Positions 8,834 to 18,135 of a DNA stretch of 64,000 nt are shown piece after piece. Under the pieces are notes generated by a model. The model was not told the DNA's origin. It was given only the letters and a program-made list of their open reading frames with translations, and did no database searches. A program made the position numbers and the translations under genes. Numbering within the stretch: position 1 is the stretch's first letter; each line of letters opens with the position of its first letter. This DNA is from Clostridiales bacterium (GTDB taxonomy: Bacteria > Bacillota > Clostridia > DUPQ01), in the NCBI GenBank assembly GCA_023145435.1, contig JAGLDS010000003.1:64276-128275 (forward strand). The letters run 5' to 3'.

Positions 8834-10102
8834 TTATGAATCAGTTGAACAAATCTTATTTGTAAATTCTTCTCTGAAATATTCCAAAACTTTTTGTGTG
8901 GCAATGGGAGCTGCTTGCCCAAGACCACAAATAGATGCTTGATTCATTGTTTCCATTAGAATTTCAAGTAAAGCTAAATCATTAGTAGTTGCTATACCAT
9001 CAGTGAATCTATCAAGTAAAATCAACATTTGTGTAAGTCCTTCACGACAAGGAGTACATTTACCACATGATTCATGGTGAAAAAATTCAGTAATTCGTTT
9101 TAAAATATCTAATACATCGATTCTATCATCCATTACAATAATTGCGCCAGAACCAAAACAAAGATCTAGTTTTTTCATTTCTTTTGTATCTAATTTAATA
9201 TCAAGCATATTTTCTGGAATTATTGGACCAGAAGCTCCTCCTATTTGTACCATTTTGATTTTCCTATTATTAGGTATACCATTTCCTAATTTGTTAATAA
9301 TGTCTCTTATGGAAGTGCCTAATTCAACTTCATATAAACCAGGAGATATAATATTTCCACTAAGAGATATAAGTTTAGTTCCAGTAGATGAAGATGTACC
9401 TATTTTAGAAAATTCTTCTCCACCCATATTTATAATATGTGGAATGTTACAAAAGGTTTCTACGTTATTGATTTGTGTTGGTTTATTATATAAACCTGAA
9501 GTAGTAGGAAAAGGAGGTTTATATGTTGAACGACCTGGCTTCCCTTCAATTGTAACCAAAAGAGCAAACTCTTCTCCACAGACATAAGAACCTGCTCCTG
9601 TATATATTTCTATATCAAAGCTATAACCACTATCAAGGATATTATCTCCAAGATATCCTTTGACTCGTGCTTGTTCTAAAGCTTTTCTCATAATATTTAT
9701 TGCATTAATATATTCTCCACGGATAAATATATACCCATGTTTAATGTCTGTAGCATAAGCGCATATTATAATCCCTTCAATTATTTGATGAGGATCTTTT
9801 TCCATAAGATATCTATCTTTAAAATTTCCAGGTTCTCCTTCATCGGCATTACATATAATATATTTAGGAGAACCATAAGCCTTTAAAACTGCTTCCATTT
9901 TTATTCCAGTTGGAAAAGCTGCACCACCACGTCCTCTTAAATTTGAAGTTTTTATATCATTAATTATCTCTTCCCCGGTTTTTAATAAAGATTTTTTTAA
10001 TGCAGAATAACCATTGTGTGAAATATATTCATCAATTGAATCAGGGTTTATTGCATCAAATCTTGCAGTTAATATGTTTTTGGTTATTTCAATATTACTC
10101 AT
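8834..10102 (-). CDS. hydB: NuoF-like flavoprotein subunit of the hydrogenase (HydB/HndC core only)
   Basis: GRGGAAFPTG (NADH site), GAGSYVCGEE (FMN), CGKCTPCREG (N3-type 4Fe-4S). 422 aa, with no extra N- or C-terminal Fe-S domains. Confidence 0.85.
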   Translation of the reverse strand: MSNIEITKNILTARFDAINPDSIDEYISHNGYSALKKSLLKTGEEIINDIKTSNLRGRGGAAFPTGIKMEAVLKAYGSPKYIICNADEGEPGNFKDRYLMEKDPHQIIEGIIICAYATDIKHGYIFIRGEYINAINIMRKALEQARVKGYLGDNILDSGYSFDIEIYTGAGSYVCGEEFALLVTIEGKPGRSTYKPPFPTTSGLYNKPTQINNVETFCNIPHIINMGGEEFSKIGTSSSTGTKLISLSGNIISPGLYEVELGTSIRDIINKLGNGIPNNRKIKMVQIGGASGPIIPENMLDIKLDTKEMKKLDLCFGSGAIIVMDDRIDVLDILKRITEFFHHESCGKCTPCREGLTQMLILLDRFTDGIATTNDLALLEILMETMNQASICGLGQAAPIATQKVLEYFREEFTNKICSTDS

Positions 10103-10559
10103 CTTTTTTCCCCCTATAGGTTGATAAAATAGAAGAAATTTTCTCTGGTGTTAAATTCCCATATAGAGTTGCACCAATTTGCAGCGCAGGTGCTTTGTCA
10201 CAGCAACCAAGGCAACTTGAATACTCTATGGTAAAAAGTTTATCAGTAGTAGTTTGACCCATTTTTATTTCTAATATTTTTTCTAATTCATTCACAACAT
10301 TAACAGAACCATTAATATAGCATGGAACATCATAACAAACCATAACTATGTACTTTCCTCTTTCTTTCATAGATAGAAGAGAGTAAAAAGATGCGATACT
10401 ATAAATCCGGCTTTCAGGTATTTTTGTTTCTTTTGCAAATTCCTTGATATCTTCCTCAGTAAGATAATTGCATAGTGTGCTTTTTTGATAAGCAAGCATT
10501 GCACCTATTAACTTATCAGGTGTTTTACCATATTTATCAAGAGCTTCTTTGACTAACAT
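10095..10559 (-). CDS. hydC: NuoE-like [2Fe-2S] thioredoxin-fold subunit of the hydrogenase (HydC/HndA)
   Basis: CYDVPC ... CLGCCDKAP cysteine pattern. Overlaps hydB by 8 nt. GGAGG SD upstream. Confidence 0.85.
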   Translation of the reverse strand: MLVKEALDKYGKTPDKLIGAMLAYQKSTLCNYLTEEDIKEFAKETKIPESRIYSIASFYSLLSMKERGKYIVMVCYDVPCYINGSVNVVNELEKILEIKMGQTTTDKLFTIEYSSCLGCCDKAPALQIGATLYGNLTPEKISSILSTYRGKKDE

Positions 10560-10898
10560 TTTTGATACCTCCTAGGACAAATTTTACTAATATATAAAAA
10601 TAATATTGTTTAAAATAAGGTGTTTAACACAAAGCAGGTATATTACATTATTATTATGGAAGTCCTAAAGTGAGATTCAAAGTAGATACAATCGATCAAA
10701 AACTTAAATTGTACAAACTAAATATTTTTGACAACACTATAGTACACCAAAGGTAATAGTATTTTCAAGAGTTTTTGTTATTTTTTTAACATACTTTTCA
10801 ATTTTCATGGTTTGCTTCTATCTAAATTACTATTTTTATAAAAAAATGATGTATAATAAAAAGTGTAGGGGGGATGTTCTTTATGAATATAAAAACTC

Positions 10899-12425
10899 AT
10901 GATAAAAAATAATAAAAAGAAATTAATTCATATATATATATTCATTTATGGCATAGTTAATCTTTTGTTTTTAACAACATTTCCCATGATGCATTCTGAT
11001 GAATCTTGGCTGTCAGGGTTAACTAGTTCAATGATAGAAAACGGATTATCATCAACAGAAAGTTTTTTTAATTTGTTCCCACGTTTTCCACATGCAATTA
11101 AGATTGTATATCATTTGATTCAAATGGTATTTTTGAAAGTATTTGGGAATTCATTATTTTCTTTTAGATTAATAAGTATATTGTTTGGATTAGCATCAAT
11201 ATATTTAAGCTATCTAATAGCTAAAAAATTATTATCTAGTGAGTTATTTGCTTTATTATTTGCAATAATTGTGTCATTGGATATTCAATTTATATATTCT
11301 TCTCATTTTGCAAGACAAGAAATTATAATTCTAACTGGACTACTATTATGTTTTTATCTATTAATTACCAAGAAAGAGAGTTTTACAGTAAAGCACAATA
11401 TTCTAATTGGGAGTTTAATTGGTTTACTTATAGGTATACACCCAAATAGTTTTATTGTAGCTCTTGTTATTGGTAGTTGTTACATGTATTACATCTTTGT
11501 TGAAATGAAACTAAAATTTTCAGATTTGTTATGGTTAATAATAACTGTTACAGGGTTTGCCATACTATTTATTGGAATGAGCTACTTATTAGATGGTAAC
11601 TTTATTAACAATTATTTAGCTTATGGAAATGAATTAGGGGTTACTAGTTCTATAATAACTAAAAGTAGCGGTTTATTTACTTTTTATCAAAAACTATTTT
11701 TTCAAATAAGTGGCACATATTTTACTCCTTATATTATTATTTCACTTTCGCTATTCTTTATAAGTTTTATTATAGGATGTATATCTTTAATTAAAGATAA
11801 ATCGTTTTGGTTATTTATTATTCCATTAATTGCGATTAATATTGGTTATATAGTTATTGGTCGTTATTCACAACCGTCAATTTTATTTATCTTTCCTTTT
11901 GGATATCTACTACTATTTAAGATAGTAAAAGAATATATAAAAAGTAGAAAAACTATTGTTATTTTAATTATAATAATTGCAATTTTCATTAACAGCTTAA
12001 TAGCTATTATACCAAACAACAATAATGACTATAAAAATTATATTAATATATTGCAAAGAGAAATTGGACAAGAAGAAAAAGTATTGATAAACCTTAATGG
12101 GTTATATGCTTTTTCTTCTGAGAATATATTTGATTATCGAAATTTACATTATCTTGATGACTACAATTTATCATTTAAAGAGTATATAATAGAAAATGAC
12201 ATTACATATATTGTGTATCCAGAAGAAATAGACTTTATATATGATAATAGACCAACTTGGAATATTATATATGGAAATGTATATCCATATTATGAAGATA
12301 TGATAACATTTTTAAACGATCAATGTGAATTAGTAAGTATATTTACTTCACCATATTCTATGAGAATTATTAGGTATAGTGAACAACAAAATTGGTTTAT
12401 AAAAATATATAAAGTGAAAAGGTAA
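10899..12425 (+). CDS. GT-C fold membrane glycosyltransferase (ArnT/PMT_2/YfhO-like)
   Basis: 508 aa with about a dozen hydrophobic segments by eye. There is an acidic DE motif after TM1 (MMHSDESWLSG), as in ArnT/PMT loop 1, and a soluble C-terminal about 130 aa. Confidence 0.6.
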   Translation: MIKNNKKKLIHIYIFIYGIVNLLFLTTFPMMHSDESWLSGLTSSMIENGLSSTESFFNLFPRFPHAIKIVYHLIQMVFLKVFGNSLFSFRLISILFGLASIYLSYLIAKKLLSSELFALLFAIIVSLDIQFIYSSHFARQEIIILTGLLLCFYLLITKKESFTVKHNILIGSLIGLLIGIHPNSFIVALVIGSCYMYYIFVEMKLKFSDLLWLIITVTGFAILFIGMSYLLDGNFINNYLAYGNELGVTSSIITKSSGLFTFYQKLFFQISGTYFTPYIIISLSLFFISFIIGCISLIKDKSFWLFIIPLIAINIGYIVIGRYSQPSILFIFPFGYLLLFKIVKEYIKSRKTIVILIIIIAIFINSLIAIIPNNNNDYKNYINILQREIGQEEKVLINLNGLYAFSSENIFDYRNLHYLDDYNLSFKEYIIENDITYIVYPEEIDFIYDNRPTWNIIYGNVYPYYEDMITFLNDQCELVSIFTSPYSMRIIRYSEQQNWFIKIYKVKR

Positions 12426-12428
12426 GTA

Positions 12429-13550
12429 ATGAAAGTACCATTTAATCAACCATACATTGCTAAGAATCAGGATAAATATTTAAAAGAAGCTGCTAGGTTA
12501 GAAACTGATTACCTTAGTAAAGTACATGGGATATTTAAACAAGACTACCAAGTCGAAGATGTTATTTTAACAACTTCAGCTTCTAATGCTATTGAATTAA
12601 TTTTATTAGCTCTTGATTTACCTAAAGGTAGTGAAGTTATTATGCCTTCGTATACCTATCCTGCTGCATGTAATACTATTATTCGTTATGGTTACCAACT
12701 GGTTTTATGTGATAGTAATAGAAATACTTTAACAATGGAAGTAGAAGATATTATAGATAAGATTAGTAGAAAAACTTCTTGTATTATTCCCTGCCATTAT
12801 GGAGGGGCTTCATGTAATATGGATAAACTAATGGAAATTTGCCACAAAAAAAACATAAAAGTAATTGAAGATGCTGCACTTTCTTTTGGTGCAAAGTATA
12901 AAGATAGATACCTAGGAACTATTGGACATGCTGGAGTTATTAGTTTTGATAAAACAAAAAACATATCAGCTGAAACAGGAGGGATACTCTTGTTAAATAG
13001 TTTAAGTGATAAAACTGTAAAAAGATTACATTATTTGTATGATAATGGAACAAATAAATATGAGTTTTTACAAGGTGAAGTTAAAAATTATTCCTGGAAG
13101 TTAGCAGGATTAAGTGCTAAAATGTCCAATCTTCATGGGGCGTTATTATTTGCACAGTTAGAATATAAAGATGAAATATTTTTTAGAAGAAAAGTATTAT
13201 TTGAACAATATAAAAAAGGGTTAAAAAATGTATGTGTTAGGAATCATTGGCACTTACCTATAATTAATAGTTATAACGAAAATAACTATCATGTGTTTTA
13301 TTTAGTCTTAAATAATAATGCAAGGCGAGAAAAATTACGTATATATTTATTAGATAGAGAAATAAAAGCACAAACACATTATCAACCATTGCACTCTTCT
13401 TCAATGGGAGAAAATATAGGTTATAATTTTGTTGATTTTCCTAACACAAATCATATTACAAATTGTGTATTAAGGTTACCTCTTAACCCTATGTTATCAT
13501 CGGAGCAAATTGACTATGTCATAGAAAGTATCAAGGAATTTGCTTCATGA
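12429..13550 (+). CDS. DegT/WecE-family PLP aminotransferase (NDP-4-keto-6-deoxyhexose aminotransferase-like)
   Basis: ISFDKTKNISAETGG (PLP lysine block), NGTNKYEFLQGEVKNYSW, HYQPLHSS. All resemble WecE/ArnB-type enzymes. Confidence 0.75.
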   Translation: MKVPFNQPYIAKNQDKYLKEAARLETDYLSKVHGIFKQDYQVEDVILTTSASNAIELILLALDLPKGSEVIMPSYTYPAACNTIIRYGYQLVLCDSNRNTLTMEVEDIIDKISRKTSCIIPCHYGGASCNMDKLMEICHKKNIKVIEDAALSFGAKYKDRYLGTIGHAGVISFDKTKNISAETGGILLLNSLSDKTVKRLHYLYDNGTNKYEFLQGEVKNYSWKLAGLSAKMSNLHGALLFAQLEYKDEIFFRRKVLFEQYKKGLKNVCVRNHWHLPIINSYNENNYHVFYLVLNNNARREKLRIYLLDREIKAQTHYQPLHSSSMGENIGYNFVDFPNTNHITNCVLRLPLNPMLSSEQIDYVIESIKEFAS

Positions 13551-14275
13551 GAGAGAAGATATCTGTAGTTGTACCAATCTATAATAGTGAAAAAACAATT
13601 AGAAAGTTATTAAACAGATTACATCTTGTTCTTTATAATTTTAATGATTATGAAATTATTTTAATTGATGACTGTAGTCATGACCAAAGTTATAAAGTTA
13701 TTAAGGAAAGCAATATAACTAATACTACATATATACGATTGTCAAAAAACGTGGGACAACAGCTAGCTACCTTCTATGGATTAATGCAAACATCAGGTGA
13801 TTATGTAATTATTATTGATGATGATTTAGAACAAAATCCTGAAGATATTGTGAAACTGTATAGTGAAATAAAAAAAGGGTTTCATGTAGTTTATGGTATT
13901 GATACAAAGGTTAAACAAAAAAAACTAATTAGATCAATTGGTTCATCATTAAGAGATTGGTTGTTTAACAGACTAACAAATAAACAAAAAAACATTTTAG
14001 TTAGTAGTTTTAGAATTATGGATAGACAATTGGTTAATAAAGTACTTTTAGCAGATTGCAAATTTATTTACCTGTCCATGGAAATATTAAAAAACACTAA
14101 TCTTGTTGGAAATGTAGCTATAACATATGAGAAAAACAAGGAATCTAATTATCACTTGTTATCATTAATAAAAATTTGGTGGATGATTTATCTATATTAT
14201 GGCAAGTGTAATATGTTAAAAATATTTAGAAAAAAATTACAACCATTTATTATTGAAGAAAGAAGCATATCATGA
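13547..14275 (+). CDS. Family-2 glycosyltransferase (polyprenyl-phosphate sugar synthase-like: ArnC/GtrB/CsbB type)
   Basis: VVVPIYNSEKTI N-terminus, the DxD in IIIDDDLEQNPEDI, and a hydrophobic C-terminal segment. The start overlaps the upstream stop (ATGA). Confidence 0.7.
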   Translation: MREKISVVVPIYNSEKTIRKLLNRLHLVLYNFNDYEIILIDDCSHDQSYKVIKESNITNTTYIRLSKNVGQQLATFYGLMQTSGDYVIIIDDDLEQNPEDIVKLYSEIKKGFHVVYGIDTKVKQKKLIRSIGSSLRDWLFNRLTNKQKNILVSSFRIMDRQLVNKVLLADCKFIYLSMEILKNTNLVGNVAITYEKNKESNYHLLSLIKIWWMIYLYYGKCNMLKIFRKKLQPFIIEERSIS

Positions 14276-15546
14276 AAATTATGGTATTAGGTGGTGGTAG
14301 TTGCCAGTTAAACTTAATCAAAGAGCTAAAAAAAAGAAACCACTATGTTATTTTAATTGATTATCTTGTTAGTCCATTAGCAAAACTACTAGTTGACATA
14401 CACCTTCAAATTAGCACATTTGATAATGAAGGGGTTTATTTAGTAGCAAAGAAATATAATATTGAGGGAATAGTTACTTTAGGAACTGATCAACCAGTTC
14501 TTACTTGTGCATATGTAGCTAAACGATTACACCTTCCATTCTATTTAACAGAGCAACAAGCTTTAGAAGTAACAAATAAATTACATATGAAAAAGATTTT
14601 TACAAAGAACCAAATACCCACAGTAAAGTATGTCTTGCTACCAAGTGATTTTAGAGATGAAATGATAAAAAAACTAGTTTTTCCCGTTATCATGAAACCA
14701 GTTGATTCACAAGGACAGAGAGGTATTTTTAAGTGTGAATCAATTAATGATATTAGAGAAAAGATAAAAAAAACATTAGTATATAGCCGTGAAAATGTAG
14801 TGCTTATTGAAGAGTATTACCCAAATGATGAGATTACAATTAATGGTTGGTTAGAAAATGACCAACTTACTATATTATCTGTTGTAGATAGAGTGACAAT
14901 AAATAATACAAGAAGTGTTGGAGTATGTTTGTGTCATAATTTTCCCTCTGTCCATTTAAAAACAAATTATGACCAAATAGAAAAGTTAACAAAGAAAATC
15001 ATAAAAGCATTTTTACTAAAAAATGGACCAATCTACTTTCAATATTTGTTAGGGGATAAGGGAATCAAAGTAAATGAAATTGCCATGAGAATTGGTGGAG
15101 CATATGAAGATTTAACCATGCCTATTATTAGTCAAATTGATATACTTGAATTACTAATTACAAAATTAGAAAAAAAAGATTATAATACCTCACTTTTAAA
15201 AAAATATAATTTGGCAGAGAATCAACAATTTATTTCAACACAACTATTTTTCTGCCATGCTGGACAGGTTAAATCGATGACACCAATAGAGCAAATCAAA
15301 AAAGAAATTGGTGTTACATATGCTGATTACATAATAAAACCTGGAGATGAAATCGGATCAATTAATAATGCTACAGCAAGGGTTGGGTATTTTATTGTAA
15401 CTGGAACATCCTATACTGACCTTATTAAAAATATTAATAATACTTTTGACAAATTACAAGTTTTAGACCAAAATGGACATAATCTGATTATTAAGTATAA
15501 AGACTATAATCAAAAATATATGTTTTTTAGTGAGGATTCAAGTTGA
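14272..15546 (+). CDS. ATP-grasp family ligase
   Basis: MKIMVLGGGSCQ Rossmann-like start, VIMKPVDSQGQRGIF (ATP lysine plus flexible loop), VLIEEYY, NEIAMRIGG. ATGA overlap with the upstream gene. Confidence 0.7.
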   Translation: MKIMVLGGGSCQLNLIKELKKRNHYVILIDYLVSPLAKLLVDIHLQISTFDNEGVYLVAKKYNIEGIVTLGTDQPVLTCAYVAKRLHLPFYLTEQQALEVTNKLHMKKIFTKNQIPTVKYVLLPSDFRDEMIKKLVFPVIMKPVDSQGQRGIFKCESINDIREKIKKTLVYSRENVVLIEEYYPNDEITINGWLENDQLTILSVVDRVTINNTRSVGVCLCHNFPSVHLKTNYDQIEKLTKKIIKAFLLKNGPIYFQYLLGDKGIKVNEIAMRIGGAYEDLTMPIISQIDILELLITKLEKKDYNTSLLKKYNLAENQQFISTQLFFCHAGQVKSMTPIEQIKKEIGVTYADYIIKPGDEIGSINNATARVGYFIVTGTSYTDLIKNINNTFDKLQVLDQNGHNLIIKYKDYNQKYMFFSEDSS

Positions 15547-16943
15547 ATAATAGCAAAAGAGTAATTCACATCATTATTGGTATCTTCTTATTTGTAATTT
15601 GTGTATTTATATTACCAAGAGATTTGTTTGATTTATCAATGAGGTACGTCGTTGCCACTATGATAGTTATGATTTATTGGTGGATAACACGACCTATTCA
15701 CTTAGCTGCTACTGCTCTACTACCAATCTTGGTTAATGCAATTTTTATAATGGCTCCAATGAATACTATTCTTGACGATTACTTTAGTTCGATTGTAGTT
15801 TTAATTATTGGTGCAAATATTTTATTAGCTTCATGGAGTTTGTGGCAATTAGATAAAAGAATTGCGCTAACTTCATTGTCTTTAATTGGAACAAAAGTTA
15901 ATCAACAAATTATAACATGGTTTATTTTATCTGTTATTTTAAGTATGTTTTTACCTAATGTAGTAGTTGTAGCGGCTCTATGTCCTATTGCTTTTTCCAT
16001 GATGAAATACTGCTCAACAGAGCAAGTAGATTACACAAAAAGTAAGACTTTGAATTTATTGCTTATATCTATTGTTTGGGGAGCGGGATTAGGTGGCTTT
16101 GGAACGCCGCTGGGTGGTGCTATGAATTTAGTGGTAATTAGTCATATTGAAGATTTTATTGATAGAGAATTTTTATATATTTCATGGACTGCAAATGTTA
16201 TTGTCTTTTTAGCGCTGATTACAATTGCAATTATTGGTTATTTACTATTATTAAAAAAAGATGTTAAACATTTAGTAGGGTCTAGACAATTCTTCTTAAC
16301 AAAATTACATGACATGGGTAAAATGAGTAAAGGTGAGATAATTTCTCTTGTTTTATTCATACTAGCTTTATTAATGGCATTTACCAGACCGTTATATAGT
16401 AAATTATTACCAAACCTACAACCACAATATGTTTTTTTAATTTTAGCTTTTATTTCGTTTTTTATTAAAATAGATAATAAACGATTAATGACATGGCAAG
16501 TAGCTGTTAAAAATATACACTGGAGTTTAATTATTTTATTTTCAGGAGGATTGGCCATTGGAAAACTATTAGTTAGTAGTGGTGTAGCAACTTCATTAGC
16601 ATCTTTAGTATCAACTTCTGGGATATCAAATGAATTATTGTTATTGGCAGTTTTCATTGCTCTTGGTATGTTTTTGTCTAATACCTCAAGTAATACAGCA
16701 GCTAGTGCAATACTAATTCCTATTGTTATTAGCGTAACAGTTGACTTATCACTTAATACTATGGCTTATATCTTTGTTTCAGCAATTGCCTGTAATATAG
16801 CTTATATATTACCAACATCAATTAGAGCCGTTCCAGTTGATTATGGTTTAGATACTAAGTTCATGCTTAAAAAGGGATTAATGGCTATTGTAATCTCTTA
16901 TGTATTACTTCTTGTAAGTGGGTATATATTTATTTTACTATAA
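15543..16943 (+). CDS. DASS/SLC13-like (ArsB/NhaD superfamily) anion permease
   Basis: 466 aa polytopic protein. C-half hairpin motif FLSNTSSNTAASAILIP (SNT motifs). TTG start overlaps the upstream stop (TTGA). Confidence 0.6.
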   Translation: MNNSKRVIHIIIGIFLFVICVFILPRDLFDLSMRYVVATMIVMIYWWITRPIHLAATALLPILVNAIFIMAPMNTILDDYFSSIVVLIIGANILLASWSLWQLDKRIALTSLSLIGTKVNQQIITWFILSVILSMFLPNVVVVAALCPIAFSMMKYCSTEQVDYTKSKTLNLLLISIVWGAGLGGFGTPLGGAMNLVVISHIEDFIDREFLYISWTANVIVFLALITIAIIGYLLLLKKDVKHLVGSRQFFLTKLHDMGKMSKGEIISLVLFILALLMAFTRPLYSKLLPNLQPQYVFLILAFISFFIKIDNKRLMTWQVAVKNIHWSLIILFSGGLAIGKLLVSSGVATSLASLVSTSGISNELLLLAVFIALGMFLSNTSSNTAASAILIPIVISVTVDLSLNTMAYIFVSAIACNIAYILPTSIRAVPVDYGLDTKFMLKKGLMAIVISYVLLLVSGYIFILL

Positions 16944-16980
16944 ACAGTAGAATGTACTAAATAAAAAAAGAATAGATGGT

Positions 16981-17205
16981 TTGAAAATGAAAATTATTGA
17001 TTGTTTTGGAGAAATATGTCCTATTCCAGTATTAAGAATAGAAGAAGAAATTAAAAAGGCAAATGCTGGTGATTTTTTCATGATTGTTGTTAATCATAGT
17101 TGTGTTGTACAGTCAATTAAGGATAAGTACAGCAGTCCAAATATAAAAATGAAAATAGATGAAGTAATGAATGGGGTATGGGAGATTACTTTTGAGATTA
17201 CATAA
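16981..17205 (+). CDS. TusA/SirA-like sulfur-carrier protein
   Basis: DCFGEICPIPVL (the conserved Cys-Pro-x-Pro of TusA). 74 aa; the start may instead be ATG 16987. Confidence 0.75.
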   Translation: MKMKIIDCFGEICPIPVLRIEEEIKKANAGDFFMIVVNHSCVVQSIKDKYSSPNIKMKIDEVMNGVWEITFEIT

Positions 17206-18108
17206 TTAACAAAAACTATTTGACCCTTTTTCAGCAAACCATTTAACAAATGCTTTAACGTGATTACTAGGATTCTTTTTAAATATAAGGGCTACTTCTA
17301 AATCCATATCAAAGTCTGGAACAGTAATTTCTTTGAACTGTTTCTTATATAATTCTTCTTTAACAGAGATATATGGTAAAAATGCTATTCCATATTTTCT
17401 AGCTACTAGCATTTTTGCTCCTTCTATTCCTTCAACTTCTAATTTACAGTTTAAGCTACTTTTACTATAGCCTAAACTTTTTAAATTTCTTGTTAAATTA
17501 TTAGTGATTTCACTTCTACTAGTAAAGGTTATAATACAAGCATTAAGTAATTGATCAACAGACATACTGTCAGGAACTTCACTATCGTTAAGACCAATAA
17601 GAACTATTCGATTTACTCCTGTTTCAGTTGATAATACATCGATATTTCCTTTCATCTCAAAATGAGATTTATAGGAAAATCCAATATCGCATATATTATT
17701 TTCAACATCAGTTATTATTTCGTCAGAAAAACTAGTTAGTAATTCATATTTTAAATATGGATTTTCTCGCTTAGCTTCAATTAGAGTACAAGGAAGTGCA
17801 TAATCAGCAATTGAGGGGCAGGCTTCTATTTTTAAAGTAATATTTTCTTTATCATTATTTTCAATTTCTGTAAGCATTTCGTCATAAGTCCGTAAAATAT
17901 TTTTAGCATACAAAAGTACTACTTCTCCGGTTTTTGTCAGAGCAACACCTTTATTACTTCGTTCTAAAAGTTTTTTTCCTAAATCTATTTCTAATTTTTG
18001 AAGTTGCTGGCTTAATGCAGATTGGGAAATATGCTCTTGCTTAGCTACTTTACTTATACTACCAGCCTTAGCTATTAAATAGAAAAATCTCATTGACTCA
18101 GTATTCAT
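17206..18108 (-). CDS. LysR-family transcriptional regulator
   Basis: N-terminal wHTH FFYLIAKAGSISKVAKQEHISQSALSQQLQKLE, 300 aa. Divergent from the YeeE operon; its stop abuts the tusA-like stop with a 0-nt gap. Confidence 0.85.
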   Translation of the reverse strand: MNTESMRFFYLIAKAGSISKVAKQEHISQSALSQQLQKLEIDLGKKLLERSNKGVALTKTGEVVLLYAKNILRTYDEMLTEIENNDKENITLKIEACPSIADYALPCTLIEAKRENPYLKYELLTSFSDEIITDVENNICDIGFSYKSHFEMKGNIDVLSTETGVNRIVLIGLNDSEVPDSMSVDQLLNACIITFTSRSEITNNLTRNLKSLGYSKSSLNCKLEVEGIEGAKMLVARKYGIAFLPYISVKEELYKKQFKEITVPDFDMDLEVALIFKKNPSNHVKAFVKWFAEKGSNSFC

Positions 18109-18135
18109 AGATACCCTTTCTTGTTTGTTTCTTAC

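Noticed and set aside
9255-9587. A 110-aa plus-strand ORF antisense to hydB.
   Set aside because: It is a shadow ORF within a motif-rich NuoF-like CDS.
10620-10630. Reading the GTGTTTAACAC palindrome as a Rex operator.
   Set aside because: Rex boxes are about 18 bp (TTGTGAA-N4-TTCACAA type). This one is only 11 bp with a 1-nt centre. I keep it only as an unassigned palindrome.
16238-16657. A 139-aa minus-strand ORF inside the anion permease gene.
   Set aside because: It is antisense to a continuous polytopic membrane-protein CDS, with no SD and no recognisable motif.
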